In this document: in pieces, positions 11,324-20,632 of the stretch
Layout of the letters: each line of letters starts with the position of its first letter
How positions within the stretch are numbered: the first letter of the stretch is position 1
Source: an uncultured Chthonomonadaceae bacterium
Lineage (GTDB): Bacteria; Armatimonadota; Chthonomonadetes; Chthonomonadales; Chthonomonadaceae
Length of the DNA: 64,000 bases
Assembly (NCBI GenBank): GCA_963817895.1
Contig: CAWFQB010000005.1
Location: 736,001-800,000, forward strand
Direction: 5' to 3'
The notes under the pieces: generated by a model
What the model saw: only the letters and a program-made list of their open reading frames with translations
What the model was told of the DNA's origin: nothing
The model's database searches: none
Translations under genes and position numbers: made by a program

Positions 11324-12766
11324 TTATTTCGACGCTTCCGCAGGGACGACATTGCCTGATAATCGCTCACTTTCCGGGTTCCAGGCTTCGCGCAGGCGGT
11401 CTTCCCACTGGCGCAGAAACACCTGCCGACACCACGCCTTGCTGACCCGCCAATCCCGGTACGATTCGCCGCCCGCCCCGTCCTGAAAGCGGCGCTTGGG
11501 GTATACGGGCATGTCGATTCCTGTCACTGCGCGAATGCCCGCCTGCACAACCGTTTGTTTTAAGGTATACAGCCGTTCCACGCTGCCGTTCAGAACCGTT
11601 TCAAAGGGAATGGCAAGCGCGGGCGCGATTACGGAACGCATAGTATAGGGGGAAAGCGCGTCAAAGCCGTAGCGCTGCGCGGGCGCGTATGTGCGGACAT
11701 AGGCGCGGGACAGGCCGCCCGAATACGTCAGGCTGTGCTTCATGTTTTCCACGCCCCAGCCCTCCTGATACAGCAGGGGGTTGCGCAGAACGCTTGAGAG
11801 AGTCAGGTCGGAGTCTTCCAGCGGGTAGGATTTCAGGTTCTCGTCGCCGCCGTCGCCGTCCAACAGGTATTTGAGGTTCGGATAGCGTTCGCGGATGGCG
11901 CGGAGCAGGCACAGCGCGACGGCGGCGCACTCTACGTCGAGCGGGTGATAGTCCTCAATGACTCCAATCGCCGCTTCTAAGTCAACATGGCTTGCGGGAA
12001 CCTGTACGCGCTCCCATTGCGCTTCAAGCCCCAGTTCTTTTACAACCATTTCGGCCTGTTGCGCATCCTTGCCGTTGCCAAGATCAAGGGTAAAGGCGCG
12101 GAGCAGATTGGGGTCGCGTCCCAATTCTTTCAGGGCATGATTTGCCAGAATTAAAATTGATGTGCTGTCAATGCCGCCTGAAAAAGCCAGCCCAATTTGT
12201 TCCCCGTCCGGCAGTCCTCCAAGCCAGCGTTTCAGCACGGCATACGCCGCGCCGACATAGTTTGCGCCCGCTTCTTCCAGGTCGGTTGTGCCCTGCCCGA
12301 TGGGGGGCGTAAAAAAGCGGTGGTAGCGGGGCGCGGGGTCGGGGCAGCCGATCTGGTCAATCTCGACAAGATAGTGCGCGGGAACCATGCGCGTGTACAT
12401 CGGGTCGAACTGCCAGCCGATTTTCTGCTCCTGACACCACTGGAACAGGCTGTCTATGCGGTCGGAAACCAGCAGGAACGGACCGTGAAACATCTTCGCC
12501 ACAAAATAGCGCAGGGGAACGCCGATTGTGCGGGCAAGCCGAACTGTCTGCTCACATCGCGCCGTCCCCGCGAAATGCCCGTCCATGCCTGCAAGGGTAG
12601 CTATATCCGCGTTGCGAATAGCCGTTAAAATCGCATCTGAACTGCCTGCTTCCGGCCTTTCAACACTGGACGCCAAAACAGTGTTCGATGCTACATTTGT
12701 ATTATCCTTCAAGGCCGCATGATGCAGGCCGGTCAAATCCACAAGGCGTTCCACCCCCAAAAGCAT
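11324..12766 (-). CDS. Asparagine-synthase-like (PP-loop) ATP-dependent amide ligase
   Basis: FSGGIDS PP-loop, LDGDGGDEN and C-terminal KRRFQDG. ATG 12766 with GGAGG RBS. No N-terminal Cys. Confidence 0.8.
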   Translation of the reverse strand: MLLGVERLVDLTGLHHAALKDNTNVASNTVLASSVERPEAGSSDAILTAIRNADIATLAGMDGHFAGTARCEQTVRLARTIGVPLRYFVAKMFHGPFLLVSDRIDSLFQWCQEQKIGWQFDPMYTRMVPAHYLVEIDQIGCPDPAPRYHRFFTPPIGQGTTDLEEAGANYVGAAYAVLKRWLGGLPDGEQIGLAFSGGIDSTSILILANHALKELGRDPNLLRAFTLDLGNGKDAQQAEMVVKELGLEAQWERVQVPASHVDLEAAIGVIEDYHPLDVECAAVALCLLRAIRERYPNLKYLLDGDGGDENLKSYPLEDSDLTLSSVLRNPLLYQEGWGVENMKHSLTYSGGLSRAYVRTYAPAQRYGFDALSPYTMRSVIAPALAIPFETVLNGSVERLYTLKQTVVQAGIRAVTGIDMPVYPKRRFQDGAGGESYRDWRVSKAWCRQVFLRQWEDRLREAWNPESERLSGNVVPAEASK

Positions 12767-12900
12767 AACACACCTCCCAAAACGATTACCGCGAGTATTC
12801 GTCAATCTATTGGCGGTTTCCTGCTCAACGCGCCGACATAAGCCCACATAGGCGTGTCGCAGTCGCCAGAGATCGAAAATCCCTGTTAAGCTGTGGGGAC

Positions 12901-14298
12901 GTGAACACCTTAAAATTTGAAACGCGCTCCTCGATCCAGCGTCAAAAGGAATTACGAACGGCAGCGGCGAACTGTAGCGGTAGTCAGTCGTTCAGGATAA
13001 AGCAGGAGGCGTCAGTGTCCGCTGTTCCCTCACAAACAAAACGCGCTTCACGGTTTGCCGGTTTGCGCCGCCCGCGCAAATGGGTGTCGCGCCGCGCCGT
13101 TTTGCGTTTCATGGCGTGGGCCTGTCTGCCGACGTTTTGGGTCGGGCTGGTGACATACCGGGGAGTTCAAAAGCGGCAACTGTTTGAAGCGGTGCAGAGC
13201 GGAAGCCCCACGAAAGTGCAACGCCTGTTGCGCTCCGGCATGGACGCCAATACGGTTGTGAATACGCAGATTATTGACAATCACAATCCGCTGATGATGC
13301 TATGGTGGTGGGGTACGCGCTGGTCCGACAAAGAGGAGGACACCAACTGCGCGCCGATTCTGGTCAGCGCGGCGCAAAAGGGGGATCGGGACATTGTGAC
13401 CCTGCTGCTGGACGCGGGCGCGAAAGTCAATGCCAAAGACCCGTCCGGCGCAACGCCCCTGATGGCCGCCTGCGAAGTTGGGAAGCCTCAAATAGCGGAA
13501 CTGCTGCTGGCGCGGGGGGCGCATCCCAACGCCGCCGATAACAACGGCGAAACCGCGCTGATGAACGCGGTCACGTTTCCCAAAGTGGTCAAATTACTGC
13601 TGACGCATGGCGCAAAGGTCAATGTTCGCGACATTGAGGGGCGTACCGCGCTGTCAAGAGCCTGCTCGAACGGCCAGATGACAGTCGCGCGGCTTCTGGT
13701 GGATGCGGGGGCGGATGTCAACCCGCAGCGCGTGGGCGATGATACGCCGTTGCGCAATGCGGCAGGGCAAAACAGCGTCAAGCTGGTACGCCTGCTGTTG
13801 GAACATGGGGCCGATGTGCAACGCGCCGAAGAAAACGGCCTGACGCCCCTGATGGCGGCAAACAACGCCGAAATCGCGCGGCTGCTGCTGGCGCATGGCG
13901 CGAACGTGAACGCTGTTTCCAAAGTCGGCGATACGCCTCTGATGATGACGGCCACCATTGATGACGGGCGCCTGGCTGCCGCGCTGCTGGCGCGGGGGGC
14001 GCGGCTTGAGGACGTGGACAAGGACGGCGATACCGCCCTGTTCTGGGCCGTGAGCAGTCACACGCGCAAATATGCGCGGGGATTGTTGGAAGCGGGCGCG
14101 AATGTCAACGCGCAAAACAGAGTCGGCGATACGCCCCTGCTGAAAGCCGAAGCCGAAGGCGACATGGGAATGGGCGCGCTGCTGTTGCAGCATGGCGCAA
14201 ACGCCGCTCTGGTCAACAAAGCCGGCCACTCGGCGCAGGCATGGGTGGCAACGCTTCCCGTTCCTCCACTTGTGGCGTCCAAAACAGCCGGGCATTGA
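12901..14298 (+). CDS. Ankyrin repeat protein with N-terminal membrane/signal segment (start uncertain)
   Basis: About 9 repeats of G.TPL..A...G....V.LLL..GA.VN. Confidence 0.9.
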   Translation: MNTLKFETRSSIQRQKELRTAAANCSGSQSFRIKQEASVSAVPSQTKRASRFAGLRRPRKWVSRRAVLRFMAWACLPTFWVGLVTYRGVQKRQLFEAVQSGSPTKVQRLLRSGMDANTVVNTQIIDNHNPLMMLWWWGTRWSDKEEDTNCAPILVSAAQKGDRDIVTLLLDAGAKVNAKDPSGATPLMAACEVGKPQIAELLLARGAHPNAADNNGETALMNAVTFPKVVKLLLTHGAKVNVRDIEGRTALSRACSNGQMTVARLLVDAGADVNPQRVGDDTPLRNAAGQNSVKLVRLLLEHGADVQRAEENGLTPLMAANNAEIARLLLAHGANVNAVSKVGDTPLMMTATIDDGRLAAALLARGARLEDVDKDGDTALFWAVSSHTRKYARGLLEAGANVNAQNRVGDTPLLKAEAEGDMGMGALLLQHGANAALVNKAGHSAQAWVATLPVPPLVASKTAGH

Positions 14299-14370
14299 AA
14301 ATCCCGTTCGAGTGGCGTTCCGCGTAGGGACATAACTTGTTATGTCCCTACGGACGTAATCTCTGAATAA

Positions 14371-15512
14371 CTCACCTTACGCAGGCGAGCAGTTTGTAGT
14401 CACAGATTTGCTGTTGTTGACGGTAGAATAGTGTCATGGACAAACAACTTCTGGACCTTTACTCAGACTATCTCCTTTGTTCGTTCGGCCTGACTACCGC
14501 GACGGGCCTTTCCACCCTGCTCGACGGCGCGATTAGCCACGACAAGATCACGCGGTTCTTGTCAGGACGTGACTTCACTTCTTCGGACCTGTGGCATCTG
14601 GTCAAACCCTTGGTACGGCAGGTACAATGTGAAGACGCAGTTCTGGTCTTCGATGACAGCATCGAAGAAAAACTCTATACGGATGAAAGCGAACTCATTT
14701 GCTGGCATTGGGATCATTGCTTCAACCGCAACGTGAAGGGCATCAACATTCTGACCTGTTTGTATCGCGCGCCCACTGCCGCTCTGCCCGTTGCCTTCGA
14801 GTTGATCCAAAAGTCGGCTTGGGAAACGCATAAGAAGACGGGCAAACCCAAGCGAGTGTGTCCCAAGACCAAGAACGAATACCTGCGCGAGATGGTGGCG
14901 CAATGTCAGAAGAACCAATTGCCTTTTCGCTATGTCCTGGCCGACGCTTGGTTCAGCGCGGCAGAAACGATGATGCACCTCAAAAACGAAGGCAAAACCG
15001 ACTTTATCTTCCCGATTAAGGCCAACCGCAAGGTGGCTTTGTCCCAGGAAGACAAGTTGGCAGGCCGCTATATGCCCGTATCCTCGCTTTGCTGCGAAGC
15101 GGACGCCGTATTGAACATCTGGCTGGAGGGGGTAAACTTCCCCCTTCTGCTGTGTAAGCAGGTCTTTACAAACAAGGACGGCAGCCAGGGCGTTCTCTAT
15201 CTCGTGACGAGTGACACGACGTTAAGCGGTTGCGACATCCAGACGATCTACCAAAAACGGTGGAAAGTGGAAGAGTATCACAAATCGGTCAAGAGCAATG
15301 CGAGTTTCGCCAAGTCGCCGACCAAAACTATTCGGACCCAGAGCAACCATATCTTCGCCTGTTTATGGGCGTATGTGAAGTTGGAAAGTCTGCGTTTGCA
15401 GACGCGCTTGAACCATTTTGCGATGAAAGGCAGGCTCTACAAAGCGGCCCTTGCCAGCGCCTACCGCGAACTACAACTGCTCAAAGGCATGAGTGCGCCT
15501 GCGTAAGGTGAG
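14371..15512 (+). mobile_element. IS701-like insertion sequence, 1142 bp
   Basis: Perfect 17-bp TIRs CTCACCTTACGCAGGCG (14371-14387) and CGCCTGCGTAAGGTGAG (15496-15512). Direct repeat TGAATAA at 14364-14370 and 15513-15519. Confidence 0.92.
14436..15506 (+). CDS. DDE transposase (IS701-like)
   Basis: LVFDDS, VLADAWF, Y.KRWKVEEYHK..K motifs; intact 356 aa. Confidence 0.9.
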   Translation: MDKQLLDLYSDYLLCSFGLTTATGLSTLLDGAISHDKITRFLSGRDFTSSDLWHLVKPLVRQVQCEDAVLVFDDSIEEKLYTDESELICWHWDHCFNRNVKGINILTCLYRAPTAALPVAFELIQKSAWETHKKTGKPKRVCPKTKNEYLREMVAQCQKNQLPFRYVLADAWFSAAETMMHLKNEGKTDFIFPIKANRKVALSQEDKLAGRYMPVSSLCCEADAVLNIWLEGVNFPLLLCKQVFTNKDGSQGVLYLVTSDTTLSGCDIQTIYQKRWKVEEYHKSVKSNASFAKSPTKTIRTQSNHIFACLWAYVKLESLRLQTRLNHFAMKGRLYKAALASAYRELQLLKGMSAPA

Positions 15513-15547
15513 TGAATAAGCATCTGCGTCCGTAGGAGGACATAACA

Positions 15548-16513
15548 TTGCGAAAACCAAACGGGCGTTTCTGGAAAAATATGCTGCTGCTGCTGCTCGC
15601 GGCTGGCCTGCTGACGCTGCTATTGGGCTGGCAGAGCTGGAATATCGTTCGGCAGTCGCGTCTGGATTATGGCCTGATTGTGGCTGTGCGCGACGGCGAT
15701 CCGGCACGGGTTACGCAATTACTGACGGAGGGAGCCGACCCGAACGCCCGCGATTTGGAAGCGCAAAAACACACGCCCCGGCAGATTCTGAAAATCTTCA
15801 TGGATCGCCTGCTCCGCCACCCCGCTCCCGTTCCGCGCAAACCAACCGCCCTGATTCTCGCCGCCGAGCATCCGCATCCAGACATCACGCGCGCCCTGTT
15901 GCAAGCGGGCGCGCGCCCGGATTATACCGATGGCGAGAGCCGGACGGCGATTATAGCGGCGGCCTACTGCGGCGAAGCGGGCAACATCAAAGAATTGATT
16001 GAGGGCAAGGCAAACATTGACGCGCTGGATGATAAAGGCCGCTCCGCGCTGATGGGCGCGTCCGTGTGCGGCTACGCGCCTGCGGTAAGCGTACTGTTAG
16101 AGCATGGCGCAAACCCAAACGTTCAGACGGTTTTTGGGCGGACATCGCTGATGTGGGCGGCGGGCTTCCATTTCCCCGTTGTGGTTCGCCTGCTGCTGAA
16201 CCACAAGGCGGATGTGAACGCGCGGGACAAGGAGGGCAAGTCCGCCCTGATGTACGCGCTCGGCGATGGCGCGGCGAACATTGCCCTGCCGCCCTCTCCC
16301 AAGTTTTACCCGACAACCGGCGCTCCGTATACGGGAGGCCCCGGACGCAACAATGCGGAGCCGAATGTTCACGACTGCGTAGCCCTGCTGCTGCTCAACG
16401 GCGCGGACCCGAACACGCGGGACAACGCGGGGCTTTCCGCCGCAAAGCAGGCCGCCGCCGAAGGCTACCCTGACCTGATTGACGCGCTTGCAAAGGCCGG
16501 GGCAAAACCGTGA
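15548..16513 (+). CDS. Ankyrin repeat protein with signal/TM anchor
   Basis: Hydrophobic N-terminus, multiple ankyrin repeats, TTG start after AGGAGG. Confidence 0.88.
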   Translation: MRKPNGRFWKNMLLLLLAAGLLTLLLGWQSWNIVRQSRLDYGLIVAVRDGDPARVTQLLTEGADPNARDLEAQKHTPRQILKIFMDRLLRHPAPVPRKPTALILAAEHPHPDITRALLQAGARPDYTDGESRTAIIAAAYCGEAGNIKELIEGKANIDALDDKGRSALMGASVCGYAPAVSVLLEHGANPNVQTVFGRTSLMWAAGFHFPVVVRLLLNHKADVNARDKEGKSALMYALGDGAANIALPPSPKFYPTTGAPYTGGPGRNNAEPNVHDCVALLLLNGADPNTRDNAGLSAAKQAAAEGYPDLIDALAKAGAKP

Positions 16514-17613
16514 TGTGGGAAGAACAAATTTCCAACCCGCAAAATCAAGAGGAACCAACCCGGCGCGAAAACGGCCTGCGAACCCTGCTGCTGCGCGTGG
16601 ATGCGCAATCGCCCGACGCGGCTGTAATCGAGCAGGCGGCGGAAATTTTGCGCGGTGGCGGGTTGGTGGCGTTTCCAACTGAAACCGTGTACGGGTTAGG
16701 CGCGAACGCATGGGACGCGCAGGCGGTTGCGGGCATTTACGCCGCCAAAGGCCGACCGTCCAATAACCCGTTAATCCTGCATGTGGCGAATGTGGAAGCG
16801 GCGCGGCAACTCGTGACCGAATGGCCGGAAACCGCCGCCCGCCTTGCCGAACGGTTCTGGCCCGGTCCGCTGACCCTTGTATTGCCGAAAAATCCCAATT
16901 TGCCGGACAATGTGACCGGGGGCGGGCCGACTGTCGGGGTTCGCGTACCGGCGCATCCGGTCGCCCTTGCCCTGCTGCGCAGTTGCGGCTTGCCCATTGC
17001 CGCGCCGAGCGCGAATTTGTCGGAACAATTGTCACCTACCCGTGCCGAACACGTTATGGAGGGATTGAACGGGCGTATTCACGCGATTTTGGATGGCGGC
17101 GCGACAACCGGCGGGCTGGAATCCACCGTGCTGAACCTGACGACAAAGTACCCGACGCTGCTGCGTCCCGGCCTGATTACGCCCGCCCAACTGGAAGCGG
17201 TTGTCGGCCCGATCAAGCGGCGCGTAACTCCGGCGGGGACTGCCGACGCCAACGCGCCCCTGCCCGCGCCCGGATTGCTTGCCCGCCACTACGCGCCCCG
17301 CGCCCCGCTGGAAATGAACTATGGCATTGGCTTGCACCGGGTAAAGGCTCTGCTGGACGCGGGGGAAGTGGTTGGCTGGCTCTGCCATGCCGCCGCCGGT
17401 CTGCTGGATTATCGGCGCAAGCATGGCGAAGTTTTTCCGAACTTGTATGCCCTGCAAATGCCTGACGATCCCGAAGCCTACGCCGCCCTCCTGTATGACC
17501 GGCTGCACGAGTTGGATAATCTGGGCGTCACCCGTATCATTGTAGATGCCGTCCCCAACACGGAAGTTTGGCTCGCTATTCGGGATCGTTTGCAGCGGGC
17601 GACGGCAAAATAG
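16510..17613 (+). CDS. tsaC: L-threonylcarbamoyladenylate synthase (Sua5 two-domain type)
   Basis: VAFPTETVYGLGA, KGRPSNNPLI, FWPGPLT, PSANLS and HYAP linker, followed by a SUA5 C-domain. Confidence 0.93.
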   Translation: MMWEEQISNPQNQEEPTRRENGLRTLLLRVDAQSPDAAVIEQAAEILRGGGLVAFPTETVYGLGANAWDAQAVAGIYAAKGRPSNNPLILHVANVEAARQLVTEWPETAARLAERFWPGPLTLVLPKNPNLPDNVTGGGPTVGVRVPAHPVALALLRSCGLPIAAPSANLSEQLSPTRAEHVMEGLNGRIHAILDGGATTGGLESTVLNLTTKYPTLLRPGLITPAQLEAVVGPIKRRVTPAGTADANAPLPAPGLLARHYAPRAPLEMNYGIGLHRVKALLDAGEVVGWLCHAAAGLLDYRRKHGEVFPNLYALQMPDDPEAYAALLYDRLHELDNLGVTRIIVDAVPNTEVWLAIRDRLQRATAK

Positions 17614-17655
17614 CCCTCACCCCTGCCCCTCTCCCAAAAAAGCCTGGGAGAGGGG
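17614..17655. repeat. CCCTCACCCC-type palindromic repeat (possible terminator)
   Basis: ccctcacccctg cccctctccca-aaaaagcc-tgggagagggg. Confidence 0.6.
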
Positions 17656-17661
17656 AGACTG

Positions 17662-18423
17662 GTGATTATTCATTTGCCTGAACAGTTACAAAGGAGAACA
17701 GTTTTGAAATATCAGCGTGGAATTTTGACGGGAATGTTGGCAGTGGCGAGTATTGGTTTGTTCGGGTTGGGATATACGCAGGACGCGCCGACACACGCGC
17801 CCCTGCCCGCGTGGAAGCCACAACCCAAACTGATGCGCTATCTGTCTTCGCTGACCCGGTTTAGCGGCTATGCGATTCAGCCGCCGCGCGGGTACGCCAT
17901 GCAGCAGGCGCAACGGACGGGGTTCGCGGTGTGTGGCTGGCAGGGCGAGGGGCGAAACGGCGTTACGCCGGGGCTGCTGATGACAATAGGGCCGGTTCCG
18001 GTTCGCGGCAGCAAAAAACCAACGCCGGAACAACTGCTGACGGCTTCACTGGACGCGCAAAAACGCCGCTATGTGGATTGGACACAGACAGACTTCGAGC
18101 GGGGGCAGATCAACGGCGTGGTGTTCGCGCGCGCCTACTGGACAGCGACACAGCCGCAGGCCAAACACAAACTGCGCGGCGTGACATACTTTGCTGTGGA
18201 TGGGGGAATAGCGATACAACTGACCGGTCAGGACGCGGCAGGGAACGGCAAACCTGTTGGAAATACGGACGCGGGAACCCGCCCCGATGCCGGAAGTGAA
18301 GACCCCGACGCGAACAGCGACGATACGACGCCCAATGGTATAGACCGGCTGCAACTGGTGGAAACCGCCATGCAAACGTTTCATCGCGTTGGCGGCTTCA
18401 AGCCGTCCGCGCCTGGATATTGA
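17662..18423 (+). CDS. Exported hypothetical protein
   Basis: Signal-like GILTGMLAVASIGLFGLG; true start is probably near 17704. Confidence 0.55.
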   Translation: MIIHLPEQLQRRTVLKYQRGILTGMLAVASIGLFGLGYTQDAPTHAPLPAWKPQPKLMRYLSSLTRFSGYAIQPPRGYAMQQAQRTGFAVCGWQGEGRNGVTPGLLMTIGPVPVRGSKKPTPEQLLTASLDAQKRRYVDWTQTDFERGQINGVVFARAYWTATQPQAKHKLRGVTYFAVDGGIAIQLTGQDAAGNGKPVGNTDAGTRPDAGSEDPDANSDDTTPNGIDRLQLVETAMQTFHRVGGFKPSAPGY

Positions 18424-18476
18424 GCAAAAGCAACTATTCACCACCAAGACGCCAAGAACACCAAGAAGAATGAGAA

Positions 18477-20330
18477 TCAGCAGTCACCAGCCACTTCATG
18501 CGTCCCCGACAGGCGGATTTCCTGCGCTTGAAGTTGCGCGCTGAGATAACCGTCATGGGTGTCGCAGGTGAGATGGGCGGCGACATCTACGCGACAGGCG
18601 ACGGGGTAACGCGAGGCATCCGCGCCCTGTCCCCATGCCATGATGGTGAGCGTGTTGGAACCTGTGTCATCGCGCAGAAACAGTTTGAGATGTTCGCCCT
18701 TTTTCACGGTTTGCGCCCGAACCACCTGTAAATTGCGCAGCAGCAGCAGGGGTTGCGTTCGGTCTTCGCGGAACGGGGCCAGATGCGCCAGTGTCCGCAA
18801 CGTTTCCAGCGACACATCGTTCGCGTCGAACTCGCCGTCGAAATCCAGAGTGGGCGGCGCGATAGTTTTGCCTTCCGCTTCCGCCTGCGCCGCCTGTTCC
18901 CACCGATACGCCAGAACGCGGGCGTCAAGGCGTTCTGCCAGCAGGGTCAGGTTTTCCGCCGTTAGCGCAAACCCCGCCGCGAACTGATGGCCGCCGCAGC
19001 GTGTCAGCAGCTCTTTACATTCCGGGGATTTCAGCGCGGACAGGACAGGAAAACTGCGGGGCGAACGGCAGGAACCTGTTACGGTTCCATCCGGGCAGAT
19101 ACGGGCGGCAAGCGCGGGACGCCCCAACTTTTCCGCCAGTTCGGAGGCGAGGGGGCCGAGCAGTCCGGGCTTCCAATCCGGGGACGCGACCACAACCACG
19201 CCGTCACGCAGAATGGCCGTTCCCCCGACGGATGTTTCCCCCGCTAAAAGCGCAAGCGCTTCGGCCTCCGTTTGCGCCAGCAGCAGTTTGCGCTGCCGGT
19301 TGAAACCCTCCACACGCGCCGCGCCCTGCCGCGCTTCGGTCTCTTCCAATGCCAACAATAAATCCAGCGCGTAGTGTGGATCGTCCACGCGACCGGGCGC
19401 GTTCAGGCGCGGCCCGATCTGAAACGCGATACTCGCGCTCGAAAGCAGGGTGGAATCCAGGATGCCGGACGTTTGCAGCAGGGCGCGCAGGCCAAGTTTT
19501 TGCGTCTGGCGCAGTTGTTCCAGCCCCAGTTGCACCAGAACGCGGTTCTCGTCCACAAGCGGGGCCATGTCTACAATCGTGCCAAGCGCGACGAATTCCA
19601 GCAGCCGGTTGCGAACATTGGCTAAGGGCAGTTTGCGCCGTTCGCACAGCGCCAGCATGGTCTTGAACGCCACCCCCACACCGGACAACCCGCGAAACGG
19701 ATATACGGAATCGGCGCGATTGGGGTTGACAATTGCCACGCAGGAGGGGAGTTTAGCCTCCGGTTCCGGTTCGTGATGATCGGTGACAATGATGTCAATT
19801 CCCGCTTCGCGGGCGGCGTTCACGGCCTGATGCGCGTCCGTGCCGCAGTCAACGGACACCAGCAGCGTCGCGGCTTGCTGCTTTGCCCGCTCGACGGACT
19901 CGACTTGCAGGCCGTAGCCATCATGCAGACGGTGCGGCAAATAGCGCGTCACCGTTGCGCCCAACTTTCGCAACGCATAAACAACTACAGCCGTCGCGGT
20001 CACGCCATCGGCATCGTAATCGCCATGTACGTGAATGGTTTCGCTGTTGTCTATGGCGCGGTTCAGGCGTTCCACTGCCGCTCTCATATCGGGCAGCAGC
20101 CAGGGACTATGCAGCGCGTCGGCGTCCGGGCAGTTGAACGCCTGAACCTTTTCCGCCGTATCCAACCCAAGCCGCAGATACAATCCCGCAACGCCCGCTG
20201 ACACGTTCAGAGCGTCCGCCAATGCTTTGGCCTGCGTCGTATCCACAGGCGCAATCCGCCATTGTATTTGCGCGTCCCTGTTGTCGGCCCTATCGTCCGT
20301 CGGCAAAAAAATCGTTTTATTCATGTCCAT
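18477..20330 (-). CDS. recJ: ssDNA-specific exonuclease RecJ
   Basis: GDYDADG, VDCG, TDHH, PRLNAPGR, GGHQFAAG and C-terminal OB-like GEHLKL. Confidence 0.93.
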   Translation of the reverse strand: MDMNKTIFLPTDDRADNRDAQIQWRIAPVDTTQAKALADALNVSAGVAGLYLRLGLDTAEKVQAFNCPDADALHSPWLLPDMRAAVERLNRAIDNSETIHVHGDYDADGVTATAVVVYALRKLGATVTRYLPHRLHDGYGLQVESVERAKQQAATLLVSVDCGTDAHQAVNAAREAGIDIIVTDHHEPEPEAKLPSCVAIVNPNRADSVYPFRGLSGVGVAFKTMLALCERRKLPLANVRNRLLEFVALGTIVDMAPLVDENRVLVQLGLEQLRQTQKLGLRALLQTSGILDSTLLSSASIAFQIGPRLNAPGRVDDPHYALDLLLALEETEARQGAARVEGFNRQRKLLLAQTEAEALALLAGETSVGGTAILRDGVVVVASPDWKPGLLGPLASELAEKLGRPALAARICPDGTVTGSCRSPRSFPVLSALKSPECKELLTRCGGHQFAAGFALTAENLTLLAERLDARVLAYRWEQAAQAEAEGKTIAPPTLDFDGEFDANDVSLETLRTLAHLAPFREDRTQPLLLLRNLQVVRAQTVKKGEHLKLFLRDDTGSNTLTIMAWGQGADASRYPVACRVDVAAHLTCDTHDGYLSAQLQAQEIRLSGTHEVAGDC

Positions 20331-20422
20331 GCGCGTCCTGCCAGTAAGAATAGAGTGGTTACTATGTCTACTACATTCTTACGCGATAAAGCGGAAAGAC
20401 GGCGGCGAGAATGGGATGAATA

Positions 20423-20602
20423 CACAATCGGATGAACAGGAGGCGGGACAACGGAGTAAACCAATTTGAGCGCAACAGAATGAACCAGGTCGAGCGCAAC
20501 GGAATAAATTGTTGCTGACCTTTCCCGCCTTGCCTGTGTCGCGCAGAGCAGCAACGGGAGGTCTGCAACGAGAATTGGACAGCAACAATTTATTCCGTTG
20601 CG
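20423..20602. repeat. Degenerate 24-bp tandem array plus a perfect 23-bp inverted repeat
   Basis: Units start at 20423, 20447, 20471 and 20495. IR cgcaacggaataaattgttgctg (20495-20517) pairs with cagcaacaatttattccgttgcg (20580-20602). Confidence 0.7.
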
Positions 20603-20632
20603 TAACACAAACACTGCGCAGACGCTTTGCTG

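Larger units (their letters stand above)
14288..15548. repeat. REPIN-like element (family of 27708-27840 and 56696-56844) interrupted by an IS
   Basis: Left part ccgggcattgaaaatcccgttcgagtggcgttccgc; right part gcgtccgtaggaggacataacat. Both match the 56696 copy. Confidence 0.75.

Noticed and set aside
12767..12900. Lasso/RiPP precursor peptide upstream of the AsnB-like gene
   Set aside because: Only an in-frame extension of the AsnB ORF is present; no separate short ORF, RRE or B-protease.
20423..20517. CRISPR array
   Set aside because: Units are contiguous 24-mers without unique spacers, are degenerate, and no cas genes are present.
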